Below are positions 1 through 15,012 of a DNA stretch of 64,000 nt, piece after piece. A program made the position numbers and the translations under genes. Position 1 is the stretch's first letter, and each line of letters begins with the position of its first letter. The stretch spans positions 4,712,001 through 4,776,000 of the forward strand of contig NC_043001.1 of assembly GCF_006345805.1 (NCBI RefSeq), written 5' to 3'. The notes under the pieces were generated by a model. That model saw only the letters and a list, made by a program, of their open reading frames with translations, was not told the origin of the DNA and did no database searches. This DNA comes from Octopus sinensis. Lineage: Eukaryota.

Positions 1-41
1 AGCATGGAGAAAGGCTGATGCCATAAATTCTCCGAAGTAAT

Positions 42-1947
42 TTATCTCCTACAGCCTGTCAATTCAAAGTCGGTAATTATTGATTTATGAGGGTAGTTCC
101 GACCGTCTTCCATATGTGTATCGCTACCCACACGTCTGTGGATTTGTAGCGACGACTTCGATCTAAGAATCTGTATGCCTAAAATATGTTTATCTACATT
201 ATATCATATAAAACAGACAGGTAAATGTATATATGTATATAGGTATGTGTATATATACACACATACAGACATGCACAGGCACAGGCATATATGTAATTGC
301 GTCTATGTGAAGGTAAGTATATATACACACACACAGATATGTATTTATGTGTGTTTAAGTGAATGTAAATATACACACACAAACACATTGATATTTTTTT
401 ACTCACATTTTCGTTCCGCAACAGTTGAAGGGTTGAAAAAAGCAAGATGGTCTTCGATTACAGATTTTTCACTATTCCATATTCTCTTGTGCTCAATGAG
501 AAATCTTACTTTTGCTTAGTTTTATTCACTTGGTGATAAATTCTTAGGATATTAGTATGCTCTTCCTACAGATCTTTAAAATCTCATCTTCAATAAACCG
601 ATCCGAAAATCTATGATTTTACTCCCTAGACTGAAATACGTATGTGTAATAAATTTATTATGCAATGTACGTTTCTCTGCTTTCTTTTATTATTTTCATA
701 TTTTCCAAATAAAAATGTATATTTCACTAAATTTATACAATGTTATTATTTCATACTGACGTTCCACATTGACGTCATGAATTATTCTGAGAACTCAGAC
801 TTGGATGTGTCTGAATTATTATTTTTTTAAATATGTGTCCGTAGGGCAAATAATAATTTTACGCCATGTGAAAATGCAAATCTTGAGATTTCGAATTAAG
901 GACGTCTTATGGTATCGAGAAAGACAGGTACAAACATCCAAAACTCAAGCCTAATAGCTCTAAAATTATCAACTATTTATTTCTTAATCAATATGGTATC
1001 TAAAAACCCAACTAAACACAACGCGGCAGGGCAGGAGACACAGAATCCGCCACCTACATCCACTAAGACATAATATTCAAATGTAATGCGAATGTAACAA
1101 TTGAACAAGTGTGTTTTAACTGCGGCACAAAACTACCCGATCAGCTGTTATGTCTACTAATATGAACAAGCAATTGACATGTACCCGAGTTCGAGGCTAC
1201 CGGAGATACTTCTGGTAGATCAGCAGCAAAAGAGGGATCTTTCATCATTTGTTTAAGCAATTTGCATAGCGATTTCTGAAATACGTAAATATATCGACAT
1301 AGATTGTGGAGAGTTATACTCGGCCAAGTATGCGACGCATAGAGACTAAAAAGAAAGATGTCTCGGGCGAGTGTCAATCTACATCTCTGGAAATAGGAAA
1401 CTCTTAACGTTGAGCTCGCACTCAAACTCGTTCTGTGAGACTCGTTTGTTACATGGAAAAAACAGCTGATGCAGAAAAAGTGTAGAATGCCTTAAACTGA
1501 TGAAATATATATTAGTAAATCTACATCGATGCATTAATGTATTCTTTGATTAAATTTAAACATTAAAGAAAACAAGATGTCCGCACTATTACCAATAAAA
1601 CATGCGCTAAGAATATCCCATGAAACAGAAGAGGAGAAGGCGAAATCGGGGCATACAAAATATGGCAGAGAACATTAAGGCCCTTTATAAATTTTCAAAT
1701 ATATATACCTCGGTGCGGTAAAATTAGAGACAGTGATAGGAGTAAGGTTTCACACTAATTGTAGATACTGCAGGATAAAAGAACTATAAAAAATTGTCTT
1801 CAAATTTCTTGTGGAAAATAAGCAGATGACCAAATACAATTATATTGCTTATCCGCCTAAGATCAGCAATTTATAAACACTCTACGAGATTCACGCACAA
1901 GGATTTCATGGAACCTGGACTACCGTGAAGTGAACTTGCGAAGTTTG
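42..1947 (-). CDS. Candidate three-exon 3' end of an unknown host gene (1947-1895, 1275-1185, 178-42)
   Basis: Acceptors ttttcttccgctacacag|, tatttcag| and attttag| are good, but the donors gtgaat and gtacat are weak. Phases join into NFASSLHGSPGSMKSLC/KSLCKLLKQMMKDPSFAADLPEVSPVASNSG/IQILRSKSSLQIHRRVGSDTHMEDGRNYPHKSIITDFELTGCRR*. Confidence 0.22.
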
Positions 1948-2044
1948 CTGTGTAGCGGAAGAAAATGTGAGCTTACAAGCATACACACACACGTACACAC
2001 AAAAACACATGTATGTATGCATATACGCCTACATATATGCATGA

Positions 2045-2096
<52 letters not shown>

Positions 2097-2315
2097 GGCA
2101 TTCGCCATGATAGATCACTAGCCACTACACATTCTTTATTTTCTCTCCCTGCTTTTTTCTGTGTTCCTTTCTGTGGAAGAGCGTAGGTTCGAAACGTTAA
2201 AACCTTTATTCACTTCCCGAGCGATAAGCTAATACATCTGTTTGTTGTGTACACCACCTGCCTTCGTCTCTTTTTTTGTGTGTTAATTCTTCCTATATAT
2301 ATATATATATATATA

Positions 2316-2625
2316 GGTATTGTGTATTTGGAGCTGCTTCTAAGGAACCAAACGCTCAATTTGGATGTTTACTCTCAACAACTAATGAAGGTGGACGAAT
2401 CAATGAAAGGAAAAAAAACGGCCAGAATTGGTAAATTGCGAAGGAATTGTGTTCCAACATGACAATACAAGACCACATACGTGTTTGCTAACGTGTGAAA
2501 AATGATTGCACCTTGGATGAGAAGTGTTGTCACACAAACCATATAGATCTGTTCTTGCACCATCATATAAACTTTTATTCGGAAGTTTGTAAATTTATTT
2601 GAATAGTAAAATTTTCAATAATAAT
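2316..2625 (+). pseudogene. mariner transposase remnant (catalytic region)
   Basis: GIVYLELLLRNQTLN..YSQQL then, after a frameshift, FQHDNTRPHT..VLSHKPYRSVLAPS, matching the mariner HDNARPH and HPPYSPDLAPSD motifs. Confidence 0.75.
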
Positions 2626-3215
2626 GATAAGAAATTGCACTCACTTCAGTTTTTTATCAGATAAGGACCAGAGATTCTATGAACTCGTATTCGCGTAGTG
2701 GCTACAAAGATGACAAATTGTCATCGAATAAAATGAAAAATATAGTATTTATTAAAGTTTATTCTTTTCATGAAAATTATAATGAATTGTCTTTTAAACT
2801 AAAAACCAAAATTACTTTCTTGCCAACACATTACTTTAGTAAGTACGCGTATGTTCGTCACATTGTAATATTAATACACGCAATCTCTCTCTCTCTCTCA
2901 AACACATATGCACATTCACGCGTTAGTGGCATAGGCAGTACTCAAACCAGGAAGTATTATTTATTGCCAGCTAAACGTGGATGTTTTGTAAGAACAAACT
3001 TTACTTTCATATATATGCTCTCATATAGACTTGTGCTGCCAAATGCTCGCTTGTTTATATCTCTAATAGGGAGATAAGTGAACGCCAACTGTAGCACTGA
3101 GACGACCAGATCACGTGACTTCGAACTTCGCTGTTCGCACACATAAATATACATATACATATTCTTGTGTGTTTGTGTGTGTCTGTGTGTGCATGACTGT
3201 CAGTTTTGAAGAATT

Positions 3216-3248
<33 letters not shown>

Positions 3249-4527
3249 TATATATATATACCACATATTTAAGCATGACTATTCATGAGCCTTTTTTATG
3301 TTTATATTTATTGATGCGTTCTTGTGTTTGCGTGCAGATACGTGTTGCTAAACACACTTACACAAGATCATGTCAAGGATGAAAAAATATTGTAGCAAAA
3401 CTGGTGTTATGTCTAAAGATTTTGATTTCGATAATCTTAATTTATTCCTTATATATTCTACTGTATTTTGTTTCCGTCAGATTTATCTCTTTATTAAGGA
3501 AACTATTAAATCAATGTAGTTCCACACATACCGCATCTATGTAACTATGTTTCAAATTTAATTTTTCAATGCAATTCAACTGCTGTGTTTTCAATTAAAC
3601 TACAACTTGGAAATTGCTTTAACGTTTACAATAACTTGTATTCTGTGTGTGCAGTATAGCAAAGTTAAAAGTTATGATTATTATCAAGTTACTCATTCCA
3701 CAACAACGTCAGACTATACAAATATTCTCCGCCCAATTTTTGATAGCACTCTCAATTTTTCGTTACGTCCTCTAAACTTGTTTGATTTTTACTGTGTTTT
3801 CATTAGGTATTTCCTTGCTGCATGCATCATAGGTTAACTGCATTCATGTTTCACGTCCATATCTCGTTATGTATAACATTTACTGATATACAAAACACAT
3901 TTGGAGAAACAGTATCACCGATTCTATTTAAAATACAATGAAGTCGAATAAATCATAACACATACTTCATATATTAGTTCAAAATATTGTCATATTTGTG
4001 AAGTAAAAAGTATACTGACAATTATTTTCCTACAATATTTTTTTATTTAAAATCAATTATCAAAGAACAAAACAGATAGATATAGTGTGTATATCTTAAT
4101 CCTTCTATCTCCATACTCAAGAGAATATACGCATCAACTGAGTTCAATGAGTTCTTTAAATGAAAACATCCGTCTGAAATGAAATTGGTGCGTGTTGAAA
4201 CAAACCTTCCAAAGTATGGTTCATTCTCTCTCCCCTTCCGTTCAAGATTTCTTCTAATTTTTTATCGCCCCCCATCTCTCTCTCTCTCTCTTTCTCTCTC
4301 TCTCCCTCTCTGCCTCTCTCCCTCGCTTTATCTGTTCCTCAGTCTCTGCTGCTCGTTCTCTTTTTCCCTCAATCACTCTGTCAATTTCTCATTGATTTTA
4401 CTCTCCACCTCATTCTTAGTATTGATCTTTACTCTAATGCTACGAAAAAAAATATTTTAACTTTAATCCATACGCACCCACATATATACATAAATATGTA
4501 TATATGTTTATATATATATATATATAT

Positions 4528-4558
<31 letters not shown>

Positions 4559-4668
4559 GTATGTATGCATGTGTTTTTGCGGGCGGGTGTATGTGTGTGT
4601 ACGTCTGTGTCTTTTGGTAAGTAGATTGATATATATATATACAGGGATGTATATTTGCATATGTTACG

Positions 4669-4706
<38 letters not shown>

Positions 4707-4707
4707 T

Positions 4708-4750
<43 letters not shown>

Positions 4751-4806
4751 TGTAAATAGATATACAAATAGACATATATATATATATATTATATATATAT
4801 ATATAT

Positions 4807-4838
<32 letters not shown>

Positions 4839-7077
4839 ATAGAGAGAGAGAAATAGGTAGATAGATAGATACGTACAAAGATATATATAATCTCAAGTGA
4901 ATTATCTATGAGGGTATATTGATGTAATTGCTAAGGAAATCATTGAGGCATGAAGCAGAATATATTTTACAGTATTTCCTGTTTAATATTGTTCATATAA
5001 AATGCCTCATTCAGGCGGAAAAAGCTATACACATACATACACACACACATATGTATATATATATATACACACACGTACATACTATGCATGCATTTACAGA
5101 CATGCCTACGAATTCTTATGCACACAGACACTGACACACACACACACCGCACAGAGGTACACATATACACGCATGTTATTGAGAGATTCACTCATCTAAG
5201 TCTTTCTCTATGTAATTTTGTAATTTTATATATAAAAAAGAAAGACAAATATTATTCATGTTTATATATATTTAATATTCCGTCTTAAATGATTATACCT
5301 ATGAATTCTCTGCTGATTATTTTTTCTTGTTTTCTCGTAGGCTTTCTTGGAATTTGATTTACAAGGACCTTTGTATATTTATTCCGTAACAATGCTTCTC
5401 TCCATAACGTTATACACACATTAGTTCATTAACCTTCTATGAAATTTATTGAATCTATCATTGACTTAGATAACCATTGGGGAGTAGCTTTTTAAATAAG
5501 AAATGTTTAACTTTATTCGATTTCCTTCTTTGCTGGTGGAAGCTTTTTAAATCCCAACTTGTAAAAATTTCGGAGTTAAGCACTAGCCTTAGGATTTGAG
5601 AAGTTATTTTAACATTAGATTGAAATTGCATTTTTTACAATTTCTACATTTTAAATATATGTTGTTTTTAAAGTCACTTAACTTACTTTTTTCCAATTAA
5701 CTTCCTCTTTAATTAAACCATGATCAATGGCATCTAAGGATAAAAAAAACACCCATAAAAACAACCGAATTACTTGGAAAAAAATATCAATCACAACAGT
5801 GTGAAATAGTGAATTGCCTGAAGAACGGGAATTAAAGCTTCTCAGTCGTAGAATAAGAAGAGCATAACAGCAATGTGAAAGCTCTTATTGAATGATGTGC
5901 TGACATGTACAATCTAACTATGACGAAATTAAATTAATTCCATGCCTTGAAGGACAATAACAGATCCATTTCGAGACTTGATAGCATTAATAAAATTACA
6001 GTATTATTTTTTTGAGCTGATATTAATGGCTATCTAATGCAATGAGTCAATGGCATTAATGTTCTTTTGCTTGTGGCAGATTATGGATTAATGCTCATTC
6101 TCCGTTTGCTTACAGTCCTCATATTATAATTATTCAACTAGAACAACACAATTCTAGAACAGAAGAATCTGCGATAATATATTATTATTGACATAAAAAT
6201 AAAACCTACACAAAGTCAAAGGAAAAGACAATATTCCATTGAAAGAAATTAACAGTATTCCACGTGATGCTGTTGTACAACAATACGCATTGGAATTTAA
6301 ATGATAGTTTACTGTGCGAGGTAAAACACTAAATAATGAGAAATTTTATATAATAGCTAGTAGTCAGCTGAAAACAATGAAATTCTACACATTTGCTGCA
6401 AATCTTAGATTAAGTGCGAGCGGGAAAATGAATTATAACGTTTCCATTGCAATGGCACTACAGTTGGTGGACCGATTTGAGAATGGTACACTTCTCAATT
6501 ATTTCATTATATTAAGCTGCGTGAAATGGAACTAATCTTTAGACATTGCTAAACCTGCTGTAAATATGTAAGCATTTCATCCAAGATTTAGTACAAATAG
6601 CCGTATGGTCACGGTTTTGCATATCGCTCTAAATTATTAAACCTTTTATCGGGAAACATGTTGAACGAATACGACAGACTTTATATTTCACCATGGAAAG
6701 TGGTGTATGAAGAAATGCCAAATATTTGCAAGTTTGGATCCAAAGAGAAAACTTACGAATACACATATGAACAAAATGTTCTTCTAATGTACTCAAATAA
6801 GCTCAGTGAAAAGTTTATCGTCAAGCTGAACAACACTTCGGAAAGGAATGAGCGTCTCTCAGGCAATTCAGCCATGCATATGCTGCCTTTTGTAGTTATG
6901 TACACACACACGCGCGCGCGCGCGCACAAACACACACACGCACATACAAATTCAATTCCTGTATATATGTAGATCTATGTTGTATCGAAACCTGTAGTGG
7001 TCTCTATACAGCTGCGAATCGTACACCCTCTTCATTTTCACCGTATTTTTCTTTCCCCATATATACATATATATATA

Positions 7078-7159
<82 letters not shown>

Positions 7160-7682
7160 ATTTATTAAAATTTAGTGTAAGCACATTGTAATGTGATTTA
7201 GAAGGATTGCTACTTCCTTTGTAATATTGTTACCTCTGCTATACTGAACCAATTCGGCAAAAAACAAACGTAATTTTTTTTCGCTTCAGTTCGATTTAAC
7301 GTTAAATTTCTATTTGGAAAGGTATTCGAATATATGGCTGTTTAACTCAGTTCAGATCTGAGCTTATTTCTTTGTTTCTTTTAATTAACGTACGTTACTT
7401 TTAAACACAAAAATAAGAATACCGTAATGAATACCGACAAAGCGCAAGGCTGTAATTGCACTTGATGGATTAGCTCAGTAAATCAAAACCAATATTTGTT
7501 TTGATCTTAATTATTTGGCTTCCCACGCAAGCAAATGAAAGTCACATTCGTTAGGATTTATGATAGAAAGATTACAGGCCATCAACACCAGAATGTGATA
7601 AAGCTTCCAAGCAACACTTAAGCATGTAGATAATGTGCGTATATATATGTTTGTGTGTGTGTGTATATGTGTGTGCGTGTGT

Positions 7683-7830
7683 ATGTGTAGCTTGCTTACC
7701 AACCACATCACTCCGCGTTCAGTCTCACTGCATGCCACCTTGGGCAAATGTCTTTTACTATAGCCTCGGGCCGCATAGAGCCTTGTGAGTGGATTTCTTA
7801 GACAGAAATTGAAAGAAGCCCATCGGATGG

Positions 7831-7870
<40 letters not shown>

Positions 7871-8060
7871 CTTTTCGTCCCCCACCATCACTTAACAACC
7901 GGTCTTGGTGTGTTTACGTCTCCGTAGCTTAGCGGCTCAGCAAATGAGTTCGAGTATTAGGCTTACAAAGAATAAGTCCTGGGGTCGAACTGTTCTTTTA
8001 AAGCCGGTACTCCAGCATGGCCGCACTCAAATGGCTGAAACAATTAAAGAAATAAAAGAA
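7683..8060 (+). mobile_element. tRNA-derived CORE-like SINE, family A (5'-truncated)
   Basis: gtagcttgcttaccaaccacat..ccttgggcaa..ccttgtgagtggattt, an internal (TA/TG)n tract, and 3' cagcatggccgc..ctgaaac. Confidence 0.8.
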
Positions 8061-9699
8061 TGTCTAGAATTGCATCAGATTTCAATTGTTTAGTTCAGTG
8101 ATTTATTACGACTATATGAGAGGAATATATATATATAATTTGTGTTCTGTACACTCAACATGAAAATCAAAGTATACATCACAAAACATTCCCTCCTCTA
8201 CTTTCCTATAACTGACATTCATTGTCTGTCTGTTACACGATATTTAACCAAACGCAAGGGCCAATAGCTGTGCTATCTCAATAATATTCTTTGATCACCA
8301 ATTTGAGTTTTGCCGGGATCTACCCTTGTCGCCCCCTATATATTACCCCCGTTTTCACAGATTTTATCATTCAAATGTAAAGCCATGAAGTTACTCTAAT
8401 GCTGAAGATATAACAAAAAACATTTTTTCGGCTAAAAAGGGAACATATCAATTCATGTCAGTATCGAATGAATTATAAAAACATAACCGTATAACAAACA
8501 TGCCAAACGGAAGGAACTACTAATATGTGCAAAAGATACACCATAGCACTATAATACAATTACTACATACTTACTGCTGAGAATGTAATTAATATAATGC
8601 AAATTACAAACGCAATTGCTCATAACGAAGACTTTCAGAAATGTCTTCTGTCTTGCAATGAAAGCAACAAATTCGAATCGTTTAAAGATAATAACAACAG
8701 CAGCAACTGTTTCTAATTTAGTGAAAAATATGTCAGCAATGTGGAGAACAGGAATTGACTCTAGTAAATCGACTCCATTGCATTGTTCTAACGAATATGT
8801 TGATAAAATGAATAAAGATGACATCAACGGGATTTGAAAACACAACGTAAAAAGTTCAGTGAAAGCGAATGGCCGTGTGAAGAACTAAGGCATGGTTTCA
8901 CGGAAGAGTAGTCACAGAACTATAATAATCTTAAGTCAAATATTCTGAACTGACTTATTCTCGCACGTGGAATTCCTATCTGGAATGTGTTTATCTTCCT
9001 CTGATATCCTTTGACAACTCGGGCTTTCTGATATTTAGATATCGTAAATATTCTACTTTACATTTATACGAACTCATTTTTGCTAAAGTATATATGCTTA
9101 TAAGTATATAAATGTGCGTGGATGTGTGTTTGCCTGTGCATCTGTTAAAAATTAATTTAATTTTTTGAACAATTAAAACATCTCTTCCTTTGATTGGTTG
9201 TGTAGGGTATGAAAAAGTATTTTATTCGCAAAAGAATTATTCTTTTCTTTTCTCATTCGAAGGGGAAAATAATTAACGCATAGAATTAGATTTCAATCTT
9301 GCATATCATAATGTATCACATTCAAAAATATATTATCCTCGAATTTTTCACTATCAATAATCCGCGAGCTGGGCAAAATGCTTAGCGGCATTTCTTTGTT
9401 TTTAAATACAAAAGTGAAATTCTACGTAAAAAATATTTTGATTCTCATCCTTTTGAAGTCCATAAAAAAGTACCACTTGATCTCTGAGGATGACGTAATC
9501 GACTACCCGCCACCCGCAATATTTTTGGCCTTGAGACTATAACAGGTAGAACTAATGAATAAACTCTGAGATCTTATCAATAAATATTAGAATATTACAG
9601 CTAATATTACTACTAATGCTGCCGAGGCCAATAATTCTGATACTGCTACGGCTACTGCTGTAATTGTGTCAGAGATTCTACTTCAATTATAAACATATA

Positions 9700-10110
9700 G
9701 GCGCAGGAGTGGCTGTGTGGTAAGTAGCTTGCTTAACAACCACATGGTTCCGGGTTCAGTCCCACTGCGTGGCATCTTGGGCAAGTGTCTTCTGCTATAG
9801 CCCCGGGCCGACCAATGCCTTGTGAGTGGATTTGGTTGAAGGAAACTGAAAGAAGCCTGTCGTATATATGTATATATATATATATTTGTGTGTATATGTT
9901 TGTGTGTCTGTGTTTGTCCCCCTAGCATTGCTTGACAACCAATGCTGGTGTGTTTATGTCCCCGTCACCTAGCGGTTCGGCAAAAAGAGAACGAAAGAAT
10001 AAGTACTGGGCTTACAAAGAATAAGTCCCGGGGTCAATTTGCTCGACTAAAGGCGGTGCTCCATCATGGCCGCAAGTAAATGACTGAAACAATTAAAAGA
10101 GTAAAAGAGT
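9700..10110 (+). mobile_element. tRNA-derived CORE-like SINE, family A (full length)
   Basis: ggcgcaggagtggctgtgtggtaag..ggttccgggttcagtccc (A/B-box-like), cttgggcaagtgtc core and an aaaagagta tail. Confidence 0.88.
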
Positions 10111-10546
10111 ATATAAATACACTTCATATAAAATATTATAAAAATTATTAAAGATATTATTATTATTATTATTTTTATTATTATTATTATTATTATTAAT
10201 GGTACTAAGTTTTGGAAATTTTGGGGGAATTCTAACAAAATCGGTGATAAAGCAAAAATAATAAGAATAATAAAGGTTGGAAATTTGGAAATACAAAGGT
10301 TGTGGTCAATGACGAGAGTAAACGTAACACCAATATCACTACTGAACTCCCAACATGGCAGAAAAAGATCGGTGCAAGTGTGGAGGCAGAAGGCCTACAT
10401 AAATCAGCATTCTTTAGAACTCCAAAAAATTTTCCAAGGGATCATTTGAGTGGGAAGAGCTACTCAACATAAAATAACATTCTGACTGAGCCCCACCTCC
10501 AAAGCCAGTCACTGTTTATCTTGTTATTAGATCACTATGTCGAACA

Positions 10547-10668
10547 CATATGGATCTCATGCTGTGCCTGGTGCACCCTTATCAGACGGGTAGTAATGAT
10601 GAGTGTATTGGGCTTTACATATTTTACCCCAGTGTCACTTTGATGGAATGTGCTGCGCTCTCACTCAT
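10547..10668 (+). mobile_element. 3' fragment of the same non-coding element
   Basis: cccttatcagacgggtagt..ttttaccccagtgtcactttgatgg..ctctcactc. Confidence 0.7.
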
Positions 10669-10733
10669 GGCCAGAAAACAAGTGTCAACTTAGTCTGTCA
10701 CTTTCCATCATACCCAGCAAAATAAGTGTTTTC

Positions 10734-10853
<120 letters not shown>

Positions 10854-10889
10854 CAATAATAATAATAATAATATTAATAATAATAATAA

Positions 10890-11720
10890 AAGAATGCATA
10901 GTCAATTCCATAGAGATGTTGGAGATGAGACGAACAGAGAAAAAAGTTGGATGTGGATGACTAAAAGTGATCTAAAACCGAAAAGGGTGTCTCTAATCTT
11001 TGCTGCCCAAGAGCAACGCTCAGAACAAACTACATAAAATACAGAATGGACAACACTGCAGAAAGTGATAAGTGCAGAATCTGTGGACAAATCGGTGAAA
11101 CCGTATGGCATATTACCAGCCAATTTACGCCATTAGCCCAAAAGGAATAAAAGAGACTCCACGTAAATATAGCCAGGCTTATCCATTGGACAATTTGCCA
11201 CAAGTATGGACTTGACAGAGCAAAAAATTGGTAGGACCACAAACCAGAAGGCGTTGTCGAAAATATAAATGCAAAGATCCTATGGGATTTTATGATTCAG
11301 TGCGACCATGAGATAGAAAATAGGAAGACAGACAGTCTTAATTGAGAAATAAAACAAACTATGCTGGGTCACAGATAAAGCATACCCGGCTGACAACAAG
11401 GTATGCGATAAGGAAGAGAGAAAAGTTGAGAGATATGACACGTTAACTTGAGAAGTTAAACAGTTTTGGTCCAGGAAAAAGGTAGCAGTAGTACCAATAA
11501 ATGTCGGAGCTCTGGGAACAGTGAGCAAAAATCTCCAGAAATTCGTGGAGCAAGTAGGTGCGGCAATAAGGGTGGAGTACTTGCATAAAACAGCACTGCT
11601 TGGAACCGATCGAATACTCCGGAAGGTACTCGATAAGAGGTGTTACCTTAGTTCACTGGCAGTGAACAGCTGACACCCTAGTACATCTCCGACTTTAGAA
11701 GCTGTGCAGAGGCATTGATA
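10890..11720 (+). mobile_element. 5'-truncated R4/Dong-like non-LTR retrotransposon 3' end (CCHC + restriction-like endonuclease) within (TAA)n
   Basis: MHSQF..SWMWM..LIFAAQEQ(A)LRTN..CRICGQIGETVWHI..H..IARLIHW..KILWDFMIQCDHEIENRK.D..VVPINVGALG..KTALLGT.RILRKVL, with stops and frameshifts. (AAT)n tracts lie on both sides. Confidence 0.85.
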
Positions 11721-11735
11721 ATGGTGATAATAAAA

Positions 11736-11795
<60 letters not shown>

Positions 11796-11944
11796 TAATA
11801 ATAATAATGATGATAATAACAATAATAATAATGATGATGGTGATGATGATGATGATAATATAATAATAATAATAATAATATAATAATAATAATATAATAA
11901 TAATAATAATAATGACAATAATAATAATGATGATGATGATGATG

Positions 11945-12027
<83 letters not shown>

Positions 12028-12920
12028 CCATGCTAACTTATCCCTATGTGAATAAGTTCTGTATGTGAAAAAATTTACTTACGGCAATATTTCAAAATCG
12101 TTTGTTCCTTCTGTTCCACCTCTTTGTTTCATTTTATTTTCATGAATAGATGAACGCTGAAGGATATTTTGGTTGAAAACATTAAAGGAGGTAAAATATT
12201 TTCACTCAGCTTCTCTTTTATATCGTTGTTAATTAATGCACGTCGACGTTATTCAAGCAATAATTGTTCTCTTTAAAAGCTGAATTATGTTTGGTCGGAG
12301 CAATCCTGGGCATGTCAAGAACAGAAATCTTTTGACAGAAAGCAATTTCACTTATCATTCATATAATGAGAATGAAAAATAGACATTTTATATTTCTATA
12401 ATTTAAAAATCCGTTCAAAGATTTCTAAGTCACTACAAATACTAGAAAAAAAATACAGAAAGAAAAGCATAAATAATAACGATAAAACAAAATCAATTCC
12501 TCACTTGTCAAAACTGAAATAAAAAATATATCTATTGACTACTTAAAAGAAAACAAACAAAACTATATAACATTTGTATAAATAGAGAAAACATTTATTC
12601 ATCTAAAAAAAGCACTATTTAAATAGGCCTTAAGTGATCTATTTTGCAGATTAATGATCTTAGAATTTAAGTAAGAGTAATTTTTTGTCCTGCTCTTCTT
12701 AATGTAAATTAATTAAAAATACGGAGGGAAAAAAATTAGGATTTTTGTTTCTTTATGCCATAAGAAAGATGAAATTACTTAGAGAATATTTTTAAAACTT
12801 CTAAGTTGAAATTCATATTCTCTTGAAAGAGAAATTGATGAGAATGTAATGGAAAATGATTAGGAAACATAGTGCGCAAGCGTGTGTATATGTGTTTTCG
12901 TGTATGTATGTATGTGTATA

Positions 12921-12996
<76 letters not shown>

Positions 12997-13136
12997 TATG
13001 CATACATGTACGTGTGTGTATGTATGTGCATATATGTATAGATATATATGTTAAAATTAAATTAGGGTAGAAATTGATATTAATCAATTACAACCAGTGG
13101 CTTAGCATATTTAAAAAAATCCGAAGATTAAAAATA

Positions 13137-13363
13137 TTTTTTACATACAATATTTAAAGGACTGACCACTAGTCGATATACTAGATATAGACGTCAAAAT
13201 TGCTATTTTCCACGAAGAATGTGTTCTCAAGAAAGAACTCAGCATTTTGACACTTTGGTCTTGCTGAGTTTTTTCTTCGTGGAAAATAGCGATTTTGACG
13301 TCTATATCTATCATATAGACTGTCCACTTTTAGTGGTCAGTCCTTTAAATTTTCTATGTAAAA
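13137..13363. mobile_element. Hairpin MITE-like element
   Basis: Long inverted arms (tttttacata..aaaggactgaccacta..tagatatagacgtcaaaa..gctattttccacgaagaa..aactcagca and its reverse complement) around a ~17-nt loop. Confidence 0.75.
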
Positions 13364-13529
13364 AATATAAATATATATGTATAAATATATATATACAAAT
13401 ACATACATATATAGAAGAGTAAGCACATAAATATGAAACAAGGTGGAAAAAAGAGTACTCAAATACCCGAGTTAGAGTAGTATGCTTTATTCTCAGTTTA
13501 TTACTTTTCTCTCCACTATTTGCTTATTA

Positions 13530-13800
13530 AAGTCTCCGGGAGAAATCTTCGGTTTACGGTTGTTCATCCTGTGAATATGGTGCTGTAACTTTGACGAATT
13601 TGCATCGGATAGTTATATATTGTGATGGTTGAATATTTTGCTGTACACTCCATTGTGATGGAATCAGCGATCGAGTGAGATGAAAAATGGTTTTGCGATC
13701 TGAGATGAAAAGTTGGAGCTCCAAATTAGGTTATACCAAATGGCATCGTGCTTTCTTTTATATTTTCCGCTCGTTCTGTTTGTGTGGGTGTTTAGAGCAG
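13530..13800 (-). pseudogene. Degraded PLE thumb-endonuclease linker remnant
   Basis: Minus frame KRKHDAIWYN..SSNFSSQIAKPFFISLDR*FHHNGVYSKIFNHHNI*LS resembles the PLE linker motif IWFNPP.S..V...IGK.F..L.D.HF....KIFN.N..KLSY. It contains stop codons. Confidence 0.55.
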
Positions 13801-14522
13801 CAATTAGATTTTGTTGGGATTAGGTGTTTAATTTATTGCTGATCCTAGCGTGTCTGGGTTTAATTTGTCTTATCTTATGGACACATAGCCGTACGTAAGT
13901 CGACTCAAGATATCTCTAGTGAGACTTTTTATTTACCTGAAGAGATTTAGCACGTGTGGAAATATGTGCTGTACCCAATAAAATCTATTCGACATTCCAT
14001 CTCCTATTTTTTTAAATACTATATATATGCATATATATAGAGAGAGAAAGAAAGAGAGAGAGAGAAAAAGAGTGAAGAAAGAGAAAGAAGGAATACAGAT
14101 GGAACTGCATAATGCTGTAATGTCAAACACATATACAATAAATCATAGGAGCATTTCCCTTTCTATTTTTTTATCTATGATATATGCAACGTATGCACAG
14201 CTATTTTAGAAACAGCTGCTGGAGATTTTATACATAATTTCATACACCATTCTGTATACGATAACTTTTATTCAATCAACTCCAAACAGCATCTCCCCAA
14301 TTAGGTTCGAATTATATATTCCATGCTTCAATGTGTTACTAAACATTTATATATATGACTATGTGTATGTGTGTGTGTCTTTATATGCATTGGTATTTGT
14401 GTATATACATATATATATATATAAATATATATATATATGATATGCAATATTGTAAACACTGTATATCGATACCCCCCACACACATGCATATATATATAGA
14501 CATATATACATATGTATATGTA

Positions 14523-14587
<65 letters not shown>

Positions 14588-14647
14588 TAACAAAATGAGA
14601 TAAAACAATTCAAAGCTGTGAGTGGTTTTCAGAGCATTTATAAAGAG

Positions 14648-14695
14648 GTCTTACAGCTGTTTCCGGGATTTATTACGTCTCCCATAATCAGAGAC
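14648..14695 (-). ncRNA. Degenerate minimal type I hammerhead
   Basis: GUCU-CUGAUUA-UGGGA..UCCCG-GAAAC agcu GUA-AGAC, with one core substitution (CUGAUGA>CUGAUUA). Confidence 0.6.
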
Positions 14696-14964
14696 GGTAC
14701 GAGAAAACGGTGTAAGTAATCGTTATTGTAAAGAATATATGAAATGCACAGTGAAGTGGAGGAATGAAATCAGACGTGAGATACGCAAGGATATTGCATT
14801 TGAAGTTGAATTATTTAAGCAGTATGGTACAGGAGACTTATATATATACGCCATTCTGCAAATACAATATCCTTGCGTATCTCACGTTTGTTTTCATTCC
14901 TCCAATTCACTCTGTATTTCATATCTTCCCTATAATAACAATTACTTAAGCATTCTCTCGTACC

Positions 14965-15012
14965 GTCTCTGATGAAGAGACATATAAAATATCCTGGAAT
15001 CAGCTGTAAGAC
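14965..15012 (+). ncRNA. Degenerate minimal type I hammerhead
   Basis: GUCU-CUGAUGA-..-GAAUC agcu GUA-AGAC. GAAAC is mutated to GAAUC and stem II is weakened. Confidence 0.55.

Noticed and set aside
8549-8845. Overlapping ORFs on both strands in unique sequence
   Set aside because: No recognisable motif and no consistent splice-site pair on either strand.
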